DNA of 64,000 nucleotides from Candidatus Aminicenantales bacterium (GTDB taxonomy: Bacteria > Acidobacteriota > Aminicenantia > Aminicenantales > UBA4085). Where the stretch lies: assembly GCA_049515535.1 (NCBI GenBank), contig JBEKTZ010000004.1, positions 62,001 through 126,000 on the forward strand, given 5' to 3'. Position 1 is the first letter of the stretch; each line of letters opens with the position of its first letter. The notes below the pieces were generated by a model. That model ran no database searches and was not told where the DNA came from. It saw only the letters and a list, made by a program, of their open reading frames with translations. This document shows positions 9,657 through 19,303 of this stretch, in pieces. The position numbers and the translations under genes are program-made.

Positions 9657-11471
9657 ATGAGCATGCAGAAAAAAAACAAAATTTGGAAAGCAGCGATCAT
9701 AGGCGCGAAATCCCTCCTCATCCTATTCGCGGTCTTGGCCGCGCTGCCGCTGGGCGCGCTGCCGCAAAAAGTCTCGGATCCGCCTCACAAGGTCAAGATC
9801 GATTTCGACCGCTGGCATGACACGTATGAAGTTTATGCCGACATGCGACGGATGGAGCAGGCCTGGCCGAAATTCGTCAAAGTCAATACCATCGGCAAGA
9901 GCTATGAGGGGCGCGAGATCATCGCCGTGACAATCAACAACCCCGACACGGGACCGGACCTGAGCAAGGCGGCCATGATGATCGAAGCCAACGTCCACGG
10001 CAACGAGATCCAGGGCGCCGAGATCTGCCTGTACACGGTCTGGTTCCTGATGGAGAACTACGGCCGGCTCGACCAAATCACGAAGCTCGTCAACGAGCGC
10101 GTTTTCTATATCATCCCGACGATCAATCCGGACGGACGGCAGTATTTCTTCGAGGGACCGGGCGCCAACACGAGGTCCAGCCACTATCCCGTGGATGATG
10201 ACAACGATTACCAGTTCGACGAGGACAAGCCGACCGATCTGAACGGCAACGGCGTCATCGAGCAGATCCGAAAATACGTCCCCGGCAAGGGGAACTACCG
10301 CCCGAGTTCCATCGATCCGCGGATCATGGAGCCCGTGCCCTTCGGCGAAAAGGGCGACTACCTCATGCTCGGATCGGAAGGCATCGATAACGACCATGAC
10401 GGCCGCGTGAGCGAGGACGATCTGGGCGGCAATGACCCGAACCGGAACTATCCATACGACTGGCAACCGAATTACATCCAAAGCGGTTCGCTGGATTTCC
10501 CCACGCAGATACCGGAAGCCCGGGCCGAGGTCGACTTCATCTTCGCCCACCCGAACATCGCCGGCGTCCAGTCCTATCACAACAACGGCGGGATGATCCT
10601 GCGTGGTCCCGGAGCGGAAGCGGTGGGAGAATATCCCGCGAGCGACATCCGGGCTTATGACGAGCTCGGACGGACCGGCGAGCGGATCCTGCCGTTCTAT
10701 CGTTACATCGTTATCTGGAGCGGTCTCTATACCGTGCACGGAGGGTTCATCGACTGGACTAACGACGGGATGGGAATTCTTTCTTTTTCCAATGAGCTTT
10801 GGAACGGGGAGCAGTATTTCACCAGTCCCGAGCTCAAGGAACAGCAGAAAGACCCGAATAGCCCGATCAGCGGCCGAAAAGGGAGTTATTTTTTCAACGA
10901 TAAGGTCGAATTCGGCGCCCAGCTCATGGAATGGAAGCCGTTCAAGCATCCCCAATTCGGGGATGTCGAGATCGGCGGCGTTTTCCGGAAATTTACGAAC
11001 AGGGTTCCACCGCGCTTCATGAACGAGGAACTCTGCCACCGTAATATGGCCTTCACGCTGTATCAGGCGGGGGAACTGCCGATGATCAAGATGGGTGAGG
11101 CGGAGGTGGAAAAGATCGAGGGCGATGTCTATCGCCTCTTCATCGACATCGCGAACCCCAAGGTGACGCCGACGATTCTGGAGCGCGTGGCGTTGAACAA
11201 CGTGGTCCGGCCCGACCTTTTAACACTCGACGGCAAGAATATCGAGATCATCTCGGCGAGCTGGATCGACGATAAGGAAACGTATAAGGCGAGGCCGAGC
11301 GTCACGACGCTCATTGACCAGAAGGACCTGAAGAGGATCATGCTCCGGAACGGAATGCCCGGCAAAACCGCGCGGACGATCATGTATCTCATCAAAGGCT
11401 CCGGCGACGTGACGATCAAATACGACTCCATCAAGGGAGGCATGGCCGGCAAGACGGCGAAATTGCGCTAA
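9657..11471 (+). CDS. M14 zinc carboxypeptidase with intact active site
   Basis: HGNE, NPDGR, NRNY, SYH and FSNELW motifs; ATG 9657 behind GGAGGAGG; signal peptide. Confidence 0.9.
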   Translation: MSMQKKNKIWKAAIIGAKSLLILFAVLAALPLGALPQKVSDPPHKVKIDFDRWHDTYEVYADMRRMEQAWPKFVKVNTIGKSYEGREIIAVTINNPDTGPDLSKAAMMIEANVHGNEIQGAEICLYTVWFLMENYGRLDQITKLVNERVFYIIPTINPDGRQYFFEGPGANTRSSHYPVDDDNDYQFDEDKPTDLNGNGVIEQIRKYVPGKGNYRPSSIDPRIMEPVPFGEKGDYLMLGSEGIDNDHDGRVSEDDLGGNDPNRNYPYDWQPNYIQSGSLDFPTQIPEARAEVDFIFAHPNIAGVQSYHNNGGMILRGPGAEAVGEYPASDIRAYDELGRTGERILPFYRYIVIWSGLYTVHGGFIDWTNDGMGILSFSNELWNGEQYFTSPELKEQQKDPNSPISGRKGSYFFNDKVEFGAQLMEWKPFKHPQFGDVEIGGVFRKFTNRVPPRFMNEELCHRNMAFTLYQAGELPMIKMGEAEVEKIEGDVYRLFIDIANPKVTPTILERVALNNVVRPDLLTLDGKNIEIISASWIDDKETYKARPSVTTLIDQKDLKRIMLRNGMPGKTARTIMYLIKGSGDVTIKYDSIKGGMAGKTAKLR

Positions 11472-11476
11472 GCGAA

Positions 11477-11528
11477 ATGGGGGCATATGATCGAATCTTC
11501 TGACTCGTCATATGTCCCCATCTTTTTT
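11477..11528 (+). terminator. Rho-independent terminator
   Basis: 14-bp stem ATGGGGGCATATGA / TCATATGTCCCCAT (one G-U pair) followed by CTTTTTT. Confidence 0.8.
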
Positions 11529-11614
11529 AAGATGGATCTCTTCTCTATTCGCTTTGGGAAATGCGGGAAGAGGGAATCCGAGGATGATCTTCCCGGCGTG
11601 AAGGAAAAAGAAAA

Positions 11615-13039
11615 ATGACTCATCGCCTGTGGAGAATCGTGAGCCTGGGGCTTATCGTCACGTTTTTCTGGGGCTGCGTCCGCTATCAGCCGAAACCCGT
11701 TTCGGCAGCCCGGGTCTTAGAGGATTTCGAAGCGCGGAGACTGGACGCGCCCGAGCTCAAAAATCACCTCTTCGCCGCCCGGGTGGTGAGCGAATGGCCC
11801 CCGGCGTCGTGGGATCTCAAAGCTTTGACCCTGGCCGCGCTCTATTATCATCCGGACCTGGATGTCGCCCGCGCCCAGTGGGGAGCCGCTTTGGCCGGAC
11901 GCATCAGTGCCGGCGAGCGTCCGAATCCCACCGTGACCCCCATGATCGGCTATAACAGCACGACCCTCGTTTCGGAAATCACCCCGTGGATCCCGGAGAT
12001 CGCCCTCCAAATTCCGATCGAAACGGCCGGCAAACGCGGGATCCGGATCTCAGAGGCCCGGCATCTTTCCGAGGCCGCGCGCTGGAGTATCTTTTCCGTA
12101 GCCTGGGACGTCCGAAGCCGCGTGCGTCAAGGACTGCTCGATCTTTATACGGCCCAGGAAACGGAAACCCTCCAGACGAAACTACTGGACATTCAATCCG
12201 AGAACGTTCGGCTGCTCGAGCTTCAATTCGGAGTCGGAGAAGTCGCGGCCTTTGACGTCACGCAGGCGCGGATCGCCCTTGCCAATAACCGGCTGGCCGC
12301 GCTCGAAACGTCCAAACAAAAAGCCCAAGCCCGCATCCGGCTGGCCGACGCCCTCGGGGTTCCGGCCGTCGCCCTTGACGGCTTCAAACTTTCATTTGAC
12401 ATTTTTGAGCATCCGCCTTCCGAAATTCCCCAACGTGATGCCGGCCGTCAAGCCCTGTTGAACCGTTCCGATATTTTGGGTGCGTTGTCCGAATACGCGG
12501 CCAGTCAAGCCGCGCTGCAGCTCGAAATCGCCAAGCAGTATCCGGACATCAATATCGGGCCGGGCTGGCAGCTCGACCAGACCGATCATAAATGGACCCT
12601 CGGCCTGTCCCTGGTGTTGCCGATTTTCAGCCGGAACAAAGGCCCGATCGCCGAAGCGGAAGCCCGGCGCACCGAAAGCGCCGCCCGCTTTTTAACTCTC
12701 CAGGCCAAAGCGCTCGGAGATCTCGATGTTGCGATCGCCGCGAGCAGGGCCGCGGTCCAAAATGCCAAGATCGCCGACGAGCTTTTCGCTTTTCTTAAAA
12801 AGCAGGAAGAATCGGCGAAAACGAGATGGCAGCTCGGCGATATCTCCAAGCTCGAGTGGCTCGGCCTGCAGCTCGAACTCGGTTCGAGCGCCCTGGCTCG
12901 TTTGGATGCCCTCATCAAAGTTCAGGAGGCCGTGGGCCAATTGGAAACCGCCATGCAGAGCCCGTTGGACAAGGCGGAATGGATCCTGGATACGCCGCGG
13001 AGAGATTCCGGAGAAAAAAAGGAGCGAGATGATGAATAA
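11615..13039 (+). CDS. TolC-family outer membrane efflux lipoprotein
   Basis: Lipobox-like FFWGC, OEP-like helical repeats (YPDINIG, LPIFSRNKG); first gene of RND operon. Confidence 0.9.
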   Translation: MTHRLWRIVSLGLIVTFFWGCVRYQPKPVSAARVLEDFEARRLDAPELKNHLFAARVVSEWPPASWDLKALTLAALYYHPDLDVARAQWGAALAGRISAGERPNPTVTPMIGYNSTTLVSEITPWIPEIALQIPIETAGKRGIRISEARHLSEAARWSIFSVAWDVRSRVRQGLLDLYTAQETETLQTKLLDIQSENVRLLELQFGVGEVAAFDVTQARIALANNRLAALETSKQKAQARIRLADALGVPAVALDGFKLSFDIFEHPPSEIPQRDAGRQALLNRSDILGALSEYAASQAALQLEIAKQYPDINIGPGWQLDQTDHKWTLGLSLVLPIFSRNKGPIAEAEARRTESAARFLTLQAKALGDLDVAIAASRAAVQNAKIADELFAFLKKQEESAKTRWQLGDISKLEWLGLQLELGSSALARLDALIKVQEAVGQLETAMQSPLDKAEWILDTPRRDSGEKKERDDE

Positions 13040-14108
13040 ACGCCGCACATTGGTGTCGGTCATTGTCCTGGTGTCGGCCGCTTTGGCCATCATCGTTCTA
13101 TTGAAGATCGTCGGGTCTAAAGCCGGGGAGGAGGGCGGAGAATCCGTGACGGATGTCGCCGTCCATATCGGCAAGATCGCCCGCGCGACCCTTCACCGAA
13201 ACGTTACGGCTTATGGCGTAGTAGAACCGGAGCCTGCATCTCCGGGCCGACAGCCCGCCGATTCCGAAGTGGCCTCGCCCGTGGCCGGCATTGTCGCCCA
13301 TATCGATTGCGTCGAAGGCCAGCGGGTAGCCAAAGGGACGGTCCTTTTTCGTCTTGACAGCCGCGTCGCCGACGTGGCCTATGACAAGGCCAAGAAAACT
13401 CTGGCCTTCGCCGAAGAGAATTTTGACAGGCAGAAGAAATTGCTGCCGGTCGAAGGGACATCCAAAAAGGCCTATTTGGAAGCCGAACAGCAGCTGAATT
13501 CCGCCCGGAGTGAGCTTGCCGCTGCCGAAACCGACCTGAGCCTTCTCCGGATCGAGGCTCCGCTCGCGGGAACCGTGGTCAAGATCAACGCCGAGCCAGG
13601 CGAAGCGGTGGAACTCAACAGCGTGCTGGCTAAAATCGTCGATCTTGGACGCCTGATCCTGGCGGCGAGTGTCCCCAGCCGGGAAGCGCAGTTGGTCAAG
13701 GTCGGCCAGCCGGCCGAATTCGAGACCGGCAGCCCCGCGGCTCAGGGCGTCGTTATCTACGTCGGCTCGCAAGTCGACGACAAGACCGACACCGTTCCTG
13801 TCCGGATTTCCGCCTCGGATAAAAATAGCCTTCAACTTGGAAAATTCACGGGCGTCCGCATCATTTGCGAAGAGCGCCGGGACCGCCTGGCCGTGCCGGA
13901 GGAGAGCCTCGTGAGCAGCGCCGAAGAAGGGAGTTGGATCGTTCTCGTCCAGGGGGACAAAGCCGTCCGCAAATCCGTTAAAACCGGGTTGCGCGAAGCC
14001 GGGCTGATCGAGATCGAGGGAGAAGGATTGACGGAAGGAATGATCATCGTGACCGAAGATGCCTACAGCCTTCCCAAGGAAACAAAGATCCACCTCGTCG
14101 GGAAGTAA
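13029..14108 (+). CDS. RND efflux periplasmic adaptor (MFP)
   Basis: N-terminal TM, lipoyl-like halves (SPVAGIV..EGQRVAKG, APLAGTV), coiled hairpin; ATG 13029 overlaps the TolC stop. Confidence 0.92.
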   Translation: MMNKRRTLVSVIVLVSAALAIIVLLKIVGSKAGEEGGESVTDVAVHIGKIARATLHRNVTAYGVVEPEPASPGRQPADSEVASPVAGIVAHIDCVEGQRVAKGTVLFRLDSRVADVAYDKAKKTLAFAEENFDRQKKLLPVEGTSKKAYLEAEQQLNSARSELAAAETDLSLLRIEAPLAGTVVKINAEPGEAVELNSVLAKIVDLGRLILAASVPSREAQLVKVGQPAEFETGSPAAQGVVIYVGSQVDDKTDTVPVRISASDKNSLQLGKFTGVRIICEERRDRLAVPEESLVSSAEEGSWIVLVQGDKAVRKSVKTGLREAGLIEIEGEGLTEGMIIVTEDAYSLPKETKIHLVGK

Positions 14109-14109
14109 G

Positions 14110-17100
14110 ATGATTGGAAAATTCGCCACCCGTTCCTCGCTTTCCATCGTTTTCATCTGCATCGCGTTCAGTCTCGCCGGCATCTATGCGGCCTTCACTA
14201 TATCTTCGTCGGTTTTTCCCCAGACGAATTTTCCTCGCGTGGTCATCCTCGCCGATAACGGGGTCATGCCCGCCGACGAGATGATGGCCACCATCACCCG
14301 GCCCATCGAAGAAGCGATGAAGGATATCCGCGGCGTCGTGACGGTCCGATCCTTCACCGGACGCGGCTCTGCGGAGATCAGCGTTTTTTTTACCTGGAAA
14401 GTCAAAATGATCGAGTCCGAGCTTTACGTGCTCAGCCGTCTTTCTCAGATCCGGAGCGCTCTGCCCGCCACGACCGAAACGACCGTCTTCCGGCTGACGT
14501 TCTCCGCCTTTCCGATTATCGGCGTCAGCCTGACCAGTCCGACCCGGGGGATTACCGAGCTTTGGGAAACGGCGCGCTATAATCTCAAACTGCGCTTCCT
14601 GAGAATTCCCGGCGTGGCCCGCGTCGACCTGGTCGGCGGCCGGACGCCGGAATATCAAGTCATCGTCGATCCTATGCGACTATCGGCGGTTCATCTCTCC
14701 TTGCCTCAGATCACGGCGGCGTTGACCGCCAATAACTTTGTGGCGTCGGCGGGCATGCACGAAGAGAACCATACCCTGTATTTGACCGTCGTGGACGGCC
14801 GCGTCCACTCGATCAAAGACATCGAGGATTTTGTGGTCCAGTCGGAAAAGAGCCATCCCGTCCGAATTCGGGATTTCGCTGAAGTCCGGCGCGGTCCCGC
14901 GCCCGTTTTCAACGTGGTCACCGCCGACGGACGCGACGCGGTCCTTCTGAACGTCCGCAGCCAACCCGACGGCAGCACCCTCGACATCGCCAACGCGCTT
15001 AAAAAGCAATTGACGGAATTGAAGCGGGAATTGCCGCCCGACATGAAGCTGGCCTTTTTCTATGACCAATCGGAGATCGTTCGCGCTTCGGTCGAGAGCG
15101 TTTGGGAGGCCATTATTTTCGGATTGATCCTTTCCGTAGTCATCCTCTTTTTCTTTTTGAAGAATTGGGGCACGACGCTCGTGGCCATCATGGTCATTCC
15201 CGTGACGGTCCTGGTCACCATCCTCTCGATGAAGATGACCGGGCTGACGTTCAATTTAATGACGCTGGGCGGCATCGCCGCGGCCATCGGGCTCGTCATC
15301 GACGATGCGATCGTCGTCGTCGAAGCGATCCACACCAAGCGGACGGCCGGCTTGGGCCGATTCGAGGCCATCCAGGAGGGCCTCAACGAAATATTCCGGC
15401 CGCTCGTCGGTTCCACGCTGACGCCGGTCGTCGTCTTCGTTCCTTTGGCTTTTCTCGAAGGGATCACCGGCGTTTTTTTCCGCTCTCTTGCGCTGACCAT
15501 GGTCGTATCCCTGCTCACGTCTCTCGCGCTGGCGATCACTCTCACCCCTTCGCTCGCGTCCTGGTTCATTCGTCCTCGAAAAGAGGACCCGTTCAAATCC
15601 CACTCGGAAGCGGAGGGCTTTTTACTCCGCCGCGTGATCAAAGTCTATGAATCCGCCCTCCGGCCGGCGCTCCGGCACGGCCGGCTCACCCTCGGCGCCT
15701 GCGGCCTCGTTCTCATCGCCGGTTTTTTTCTGTATAACAGGCTCGACAGCGAATTCCTGCCTCCCATGGATGAAGGCGGTTTCGTCATCGATTATTTCAC
15801 CCCTCCGGGGACGAGCCTCGCCGAAACGCATCGGCAGCTTCTGCAGGCGGAACGAATCCTGGGAACGATCCCGGAAGTCGAAAGCTATTCGCGTCGAACC
15901 GGCGCTCGGCTGGCGCTGTCGATTGCCGAGCCGAATACGGGCGATTTTCTGGTCAAACTGGAACGCGGGCGCAAACGAAAAACGGCGGAAGTGATCTCCG
16001 AATTGCGAAAACGATTCACCACGGAACTGCCCGGCCTGAAGTGGGAATTTCCCGGTATCCTGGGCGATCTCATCGGCGACTTGATGTGGGCGCCTCAGCC
16101 CATCGAAGTCAAGCTCTTTTCGACCAGCCAAGCCTGGCTGGAGAAAAAGGCGCCCGAGATTGAGCAGCAGATCCAGAAGATCCCGGGCGTCGTGGACACG
16201 TTCAACGGCTTGGTCTATACCGGGCCCACGATCAGCCTCCGCATGCGTCCGGTCGATGCCAGGCGATTCGGCCTGACCGCCGAAGACGTGGCCGCCGCCG
16301 CCAATACGGCCATGCTCGGCCAAACGGCCTCTTCGGTCCTTGAAGGAGACCGGGTCGTCAATATTCGGGTCAAAGTCGATCCCTCGCGAATCAACCGGTT
16401 GGCCGGCTTGAAAGAACTGCCGCTGCGGACCCCGGACGGGACTCTGATCAAACTTTCTCAGGTGGTCGATATCGTCGAGGAGCCGGGCCAGCTTGAGCTC
16501 CGGCGCGAAGATTCGAGGCAGGACATCGCCGTAACGGCGCGATTGGAGGGCCGCGATATGGGCAGCGCCATGGCCGAGATTCGCGACTCTCTGGACAAGG
16601 ACCGGACCATTCCTCCCGGGACCATCGAATACGGAGGGCTCTATGAGCAGCAGCAGGAATCCTTCAAGAATCTTGTGATCGTCCTGCTCATGGCGATTTT
16701 TCTCGTGTTCACGGTCCTGCTCCTGGAGTTCGGCTCATTCTATGAACCGGCGGCGATCGTCTTCGGCGCCGTCCTGGCCATGTTCGGGACGGTCCTGGCG
16801 CTCTGGCTGACGGGAACGTCGCTCAACGTCGTCTCGCTGTTGGGCGCCATCATCGGCATCGGCATCGTCGCCAAGAACGGGATCTTGATGCTCGATTTCG
16901 TCAAACATCTGCGAGCCGAGGGGCTGGATCTTGTCGAAGCCCTGGTCCGCTCGGGCCGCCGGCGTCTCAGGCCCGTCCTGATGACGTCCCTGGCCGCGGC
17001 CCTCGGCATGCTCCCTCTGGCGTACGGGATCGGCTCCGGCGCGGACATGCTGAAGCCGCTCGCTGTCGCCGTCATCGGCGCGCTCTGCATCTCCGTGCTG

Positions 17101-17172
17101 TTGTCACTGATCGCGACGCCGACGGTTTATTATCTCATGCAGCGGCGGCGGGAACGAAAGCCGGTCGCCTGA
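14110..17172 (+). CDS. RND efflux permease (AcrB/CzcA superfamily)
   Basis: About 1020 aa; GLVIDDAIVVVE, KNGIL and RLRPVLMT motifs. Confidence 0.95.
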   Translation: MIGKFATRSSLSIVFICIAFSLAGIYAAFTISSSVFPQTNFPRVVILADNGVMPADEMMATITRPIEEAMKDIRGVVTVRSFTGRGSAEISVFFTWKVKMIESELYVLSRLSQIRSALPATTETTVFRLTFSAFPIIGVSLTSPTRGITELWETARYNLKLRFLRIPGVARVDLVGGRTPEYQVIVDPMRLSAVHLSLPQITAALTANNFVASAGMHEENHTLYLTVVDGRVHSIKDIEDFVVQSEKSHPVRIRDFAEVRRGPAPVFNVVTADGRDAVLLNVRSQPDGSTLDIANALKKQLTELKRELPPDMKLAFFYDQSEIVRASVESVWEAIIFGLILSVVILFFFLKNWGTTLVAIMVIPVTVLVTILSMKMTGLTFNLMTLGGIAAAIGLVIDDAIVVVEAIHTKRTAGLGRFEAIQEGLNEIFRPLVGSTLTPVVVFVPLAFLEGITGVFFRSLALTMVVSLLTSLALAITLTPSLASWFIRPRKEDPFKSHSEAEGFLLRRVIKVYESALRPALRHGRLTLGACGLVLIAGFFLYNRLDSEFLPPMDEGGFVIDYFTPPGTSLAETHRQLLQAERILGTIPEVESYSRRTGARLALSIAEPNTGDFLVKLERGRKRKTAEVISELRKRFTTELPGLKWEFPGILGDLIGDLMWAPQPIEVKLFSTSQAWLEKKAPEIEQQIQKIPGVVDTFNGLVYTGPTISLRMRPVDARRFGLTAEDVAAAANTAMLGQTASSVLEGDRVVNIRVKVDPSRINRLAGLKELPLRTPDGTLIKLSQVVDIVEEPGQLELRREDSRQDIAVTARLEGRDMGSAMAEIRDSLDKDRTIPPGTIEYGGLYEQQQESFKNLVIVLLMAIFLVFTVLLLEFGSFYEPAAIVFGAVLAMFGTVLALWLTGTSLNVVSLLGAIIGIGIVAKNGILMLDFVKHLRAEGLDLVEALVRSGRRRLRPVLMTSLAAALGMLPLAYGIGSGADMLKPLAVAVIGALCISVLLSLIATPTVYYLMQRRRERKPVA

Positions 17173-17197
17173 GGACCGTTCAGGCTGACGTTGAAGG

Positions 17198-17226
17198 TTG
17201 ACAAGAGGAACTTTTCCGTTTAAATT
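17198..17226 (+). promoter_or_regulatory. Sigma70-type promoter of tRNA-Gly
   Basis: TTGACA-N17-TAAATT. Confidence 0.65.
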
Positions 17227-17269
17227 CTATCTCCCGCCGGCTGTCGAAGCCCTTCGATGGGGAGAAAGA

Positions 17270-17341
17270 GCGGGCATAGCTCAATGGTAGAGTACGGGCT
17301 TCCCAAGCCCGGTGTTGTGGGTTCGAGTCCCATTGCCCGCT
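17270..17341 (+). tRNA. tRNA-Gly(CCC)
   Basis: Acceptor GCGGGCA/TGCCCGC, anticodon arm CGGGC-TTCCCAA-GCCCG, GTTCGA T-loop; CCA not encoded. Confidence 0.96.
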
Positions 17342-17365
17342 CTCTCTCCCTTGATCATTCTCAGC

Positions 17366-18172
17366 ATGAACACCTGGCATCTGATCGTCGAAGCCGAGCC
17401 TCTCAAGGGCTCTTTCAACATGGCCGTCGATGAATTCCTGTTTCGCTCCCTGGTCGGCGGACCGCGAACGTGCGTCCGCTTCTATCAATGGGAGCGGCCC
17501 ACCGCTTCTCTCGGTTATTCCCAGAAAACGGAAAACGTCATCGATCTTGAATTCTGCCGGCGGAACGGGATCGATGTCGTGCGCCGGATCACCGGCGGAA
17601 AGCTCGTCCTCCATCACCGGGAAATCACGTATTCCGTTTGTTCATCTGATACCGGGACGTTCACGGGCACGCTGGCCGGATCCTATAAACTGATTTCGCT
17701 GGCCCTTGCCCGCGGCCTGCACAGGATGGGCCTCGAGGCATCGCTGGCCGAGAAATCTCCGCCTTTTTATGCGAAGGGAGATCTGCCGTGCTTTTCCTAT
17801 CCGGCCCGGGACGAGATCGAAGTGAACGGCAAGAAGATCGCCGGCAGCGCTCAGAAGAGGATCGGGACGACATTCCTCCAGCACGGTTCGATCCCGCTCG
17901 CGCACAATGAAGACCTCCTGAAAGCCGTCTCTCGCCTAGGGGAAAACCCGGCCGAGATCCGGATGACGTCGTTGTCCGAGGCTTTGGGCCGGCCGGTCGA
18001 TTTCGGCTGGGCCGTCGCGAGATTGGTCGAAGGGTTCGAGGATTTCTTTGGCGTGCGCTTTGATGCGTTGAAAATGATGGGTGCGGACAAAAAACGCATT
18101 GACGATATTAGGACCGGGAAATATGAAGCCGATGATTGGACGCGGCGAGGAACGGCCGCGGTTGCTTTTTGA
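17366..18172 (+). CDS. Lipoate-protein ligase A family protein (LipM-like octanoyltransferase)
   Basis: NMAVDE, RRITGG and KIAGSAQ..QHGS motifs. Confidence 0.9.
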   Translation: MNTWHLIVEAEPLKGSFNMAVDEFLFRSLVGGPRTCVRFYQWERPTASLGYSQKTENVIDLEFCRRNGIDVVRRITGGKLVLHHREITYSVCSSDTGTFTGTLAGSYKLISLALARGLHRMGLEASLAEKSPPFYAKGDLPCFSYPARDEIEVNGKKIAGSAQKRIGTTFLQHGSIPLAHNEDLLKAVSRLGENPAEIRMTSLSEALGRPVDFGWAVARLVEGFEDFFGVRFDALKMMGADKKRIDDIRTGKYEADDWTRRGTAAVAF

Positions 18173-18222
18173 AATTTCCGGTGATAAGATCAATCCCGCC
18201 TCCATGAAGGCGCAGGTTGGAT

Positions 18223-19116
18223 ATGAATGAAGTCGATGAACTCTTGAAGTTGGATGTCAAAAGTCTGCCGGTGTTGCGACCGCTCGTCCTGGACGACCTC
18301 CACCACAAGGCCCTCAAAAACATGTATCTCGAGCTCGGCACGGGCCCGATCTTCTATCTTCTCTCGCCGTCTTATTCCGTCCTTCATCCGACGCCCAACG
18401 AGACCATCACCGAGCTGGTCACGAGAAAAGAGGCGCTTCTCGATTCTCTGAAAGAGATCATCATCCAGCACTTGGCCCTGTACTCCGTTCTCCTCGAGGT
18501 CAACAGCTATTTTGTCGAGCAGAATAATTATCTGCTGCTGGCCCGCCTGCGGGAGAAGGACTCGGGAGGCCGTCGCTACGAGATCAAGTTTTATACCCAC
18601 TCGCCCGCCGAACTCCTGACCCATTACGAGGACAAGATCTACATCGGCCGCGATTTTCTCGATCTCCACAATGCCCGGCGGAAATATTTCGGCGTCCGGG
18701 AGCTCATCGCTTCCCTCAAAGATCAATGCGATAAGCTCGTGGAGAAGGCCGAGGAGAAACTGAAAAAGCCGCTGAATTATAAATCCTTCTTCCAGGAGAT
18801 CAAGGAATCCGTGAGCGAGTTGGACGCGGAAAGCCAGGCCATCCTCGATCCTCTGCCGCCGTATCTCGATTTCTCCAAACTCACGGAACAGGACCTCATC
18901 GACATCAACGCCCAGTACCGCTCCATCAATCATTATCTCATCGAACTGCATGACGAGGTCGGGGAATTCGAAAACCTCCTGCGCTTCAAGATGGAAATCG
19001 ATTTCGTCCGATACGTCACGAAGTACAAGAAAGACATGACCAACCTGATCTCGTTTTTCAACATCAAGATCAACGGCTGTCTGTCGGAGCGCATCTTTCA
19101 TTTCCGGCATAAATGA
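18223..19116 (+). CDS. Hypothetical soluble protein with helical/coiled-coil C-terminal half
   Basis: About 297 aa ORF with host-like codon usage and natural amino-acid composition; no recognised motif. Confidence 0.8.
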   Translation: MNEVDELLKLDVKSLPVLRPLVLDDLHHKALKNMYLELGTGPIFYLLSPSYSVLHPTPNETITELVTRKEALLDSLKEIIIQHLALYSVLLEVNSYFVEQNNYLLLARLREKDSGGRRYEIKFYTHSPAELLTHYEDKIYIGRDFLDLHNARRKYFGVRELIASLKDQCDKLVEKAEEKLKKPLNYKSFFQEIKESVSELDAESQAILDPLPPYLDFSKLTEQDLIDINAQYRSINHYLIELHDEVGEFENLLRFKMEIDFVRYVTKYKKDMTNLISFFNIKINGCLSERIFHFRHK

Positions 19117-19256
19117 CGATGTCCGAACGCATCAGCCGGGACCTGAAGCGGAGAGGCTTCAAGTTCGTCGGGCCAACGATCGTTTACGCCCATATGCAGG
19201 CAACGGGCATGGTCAACGATCATATCGTCGATTGCTTCCGCTACGGGCAGGTCTGA
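19113..19256 (+). pseudogene. tag: C-terminal fragment of DNA-3-methyladenine glycosylase I
   Basis: MTMSERISRDLKRRGFKFVGPTIVYAHMQATGMVNDHIVDCFRYGQV matches the Tag C-terminal signature; in-frame TAA immediately upstream. Confidence 0.85.
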
Positions 19257-19303
19257 GAGGCGGTCAAGGGAAAACGCCCGGGAGCGGCGTTTCCCCTTTA
19301 CGA

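Noticed and set aside
5675..11039. Long minus-strand ORFs (576, 421 and 438 aa)
   Set aside because: Antisense to well-supported genes; expected from GC-rich codon bias.
11553..11597. Hairpin CGGGAAGA...TCTTCCCG upstream of tolC as a riboswitch
   Set aside because: No recognisable riboswitch consensus; a single hairpin is insufficient evidence.
17312..17365. ORF-track start of the lipoate ligase
   Set aside because: Lies inside tRNA-Gly; ATG 17366 preferred.
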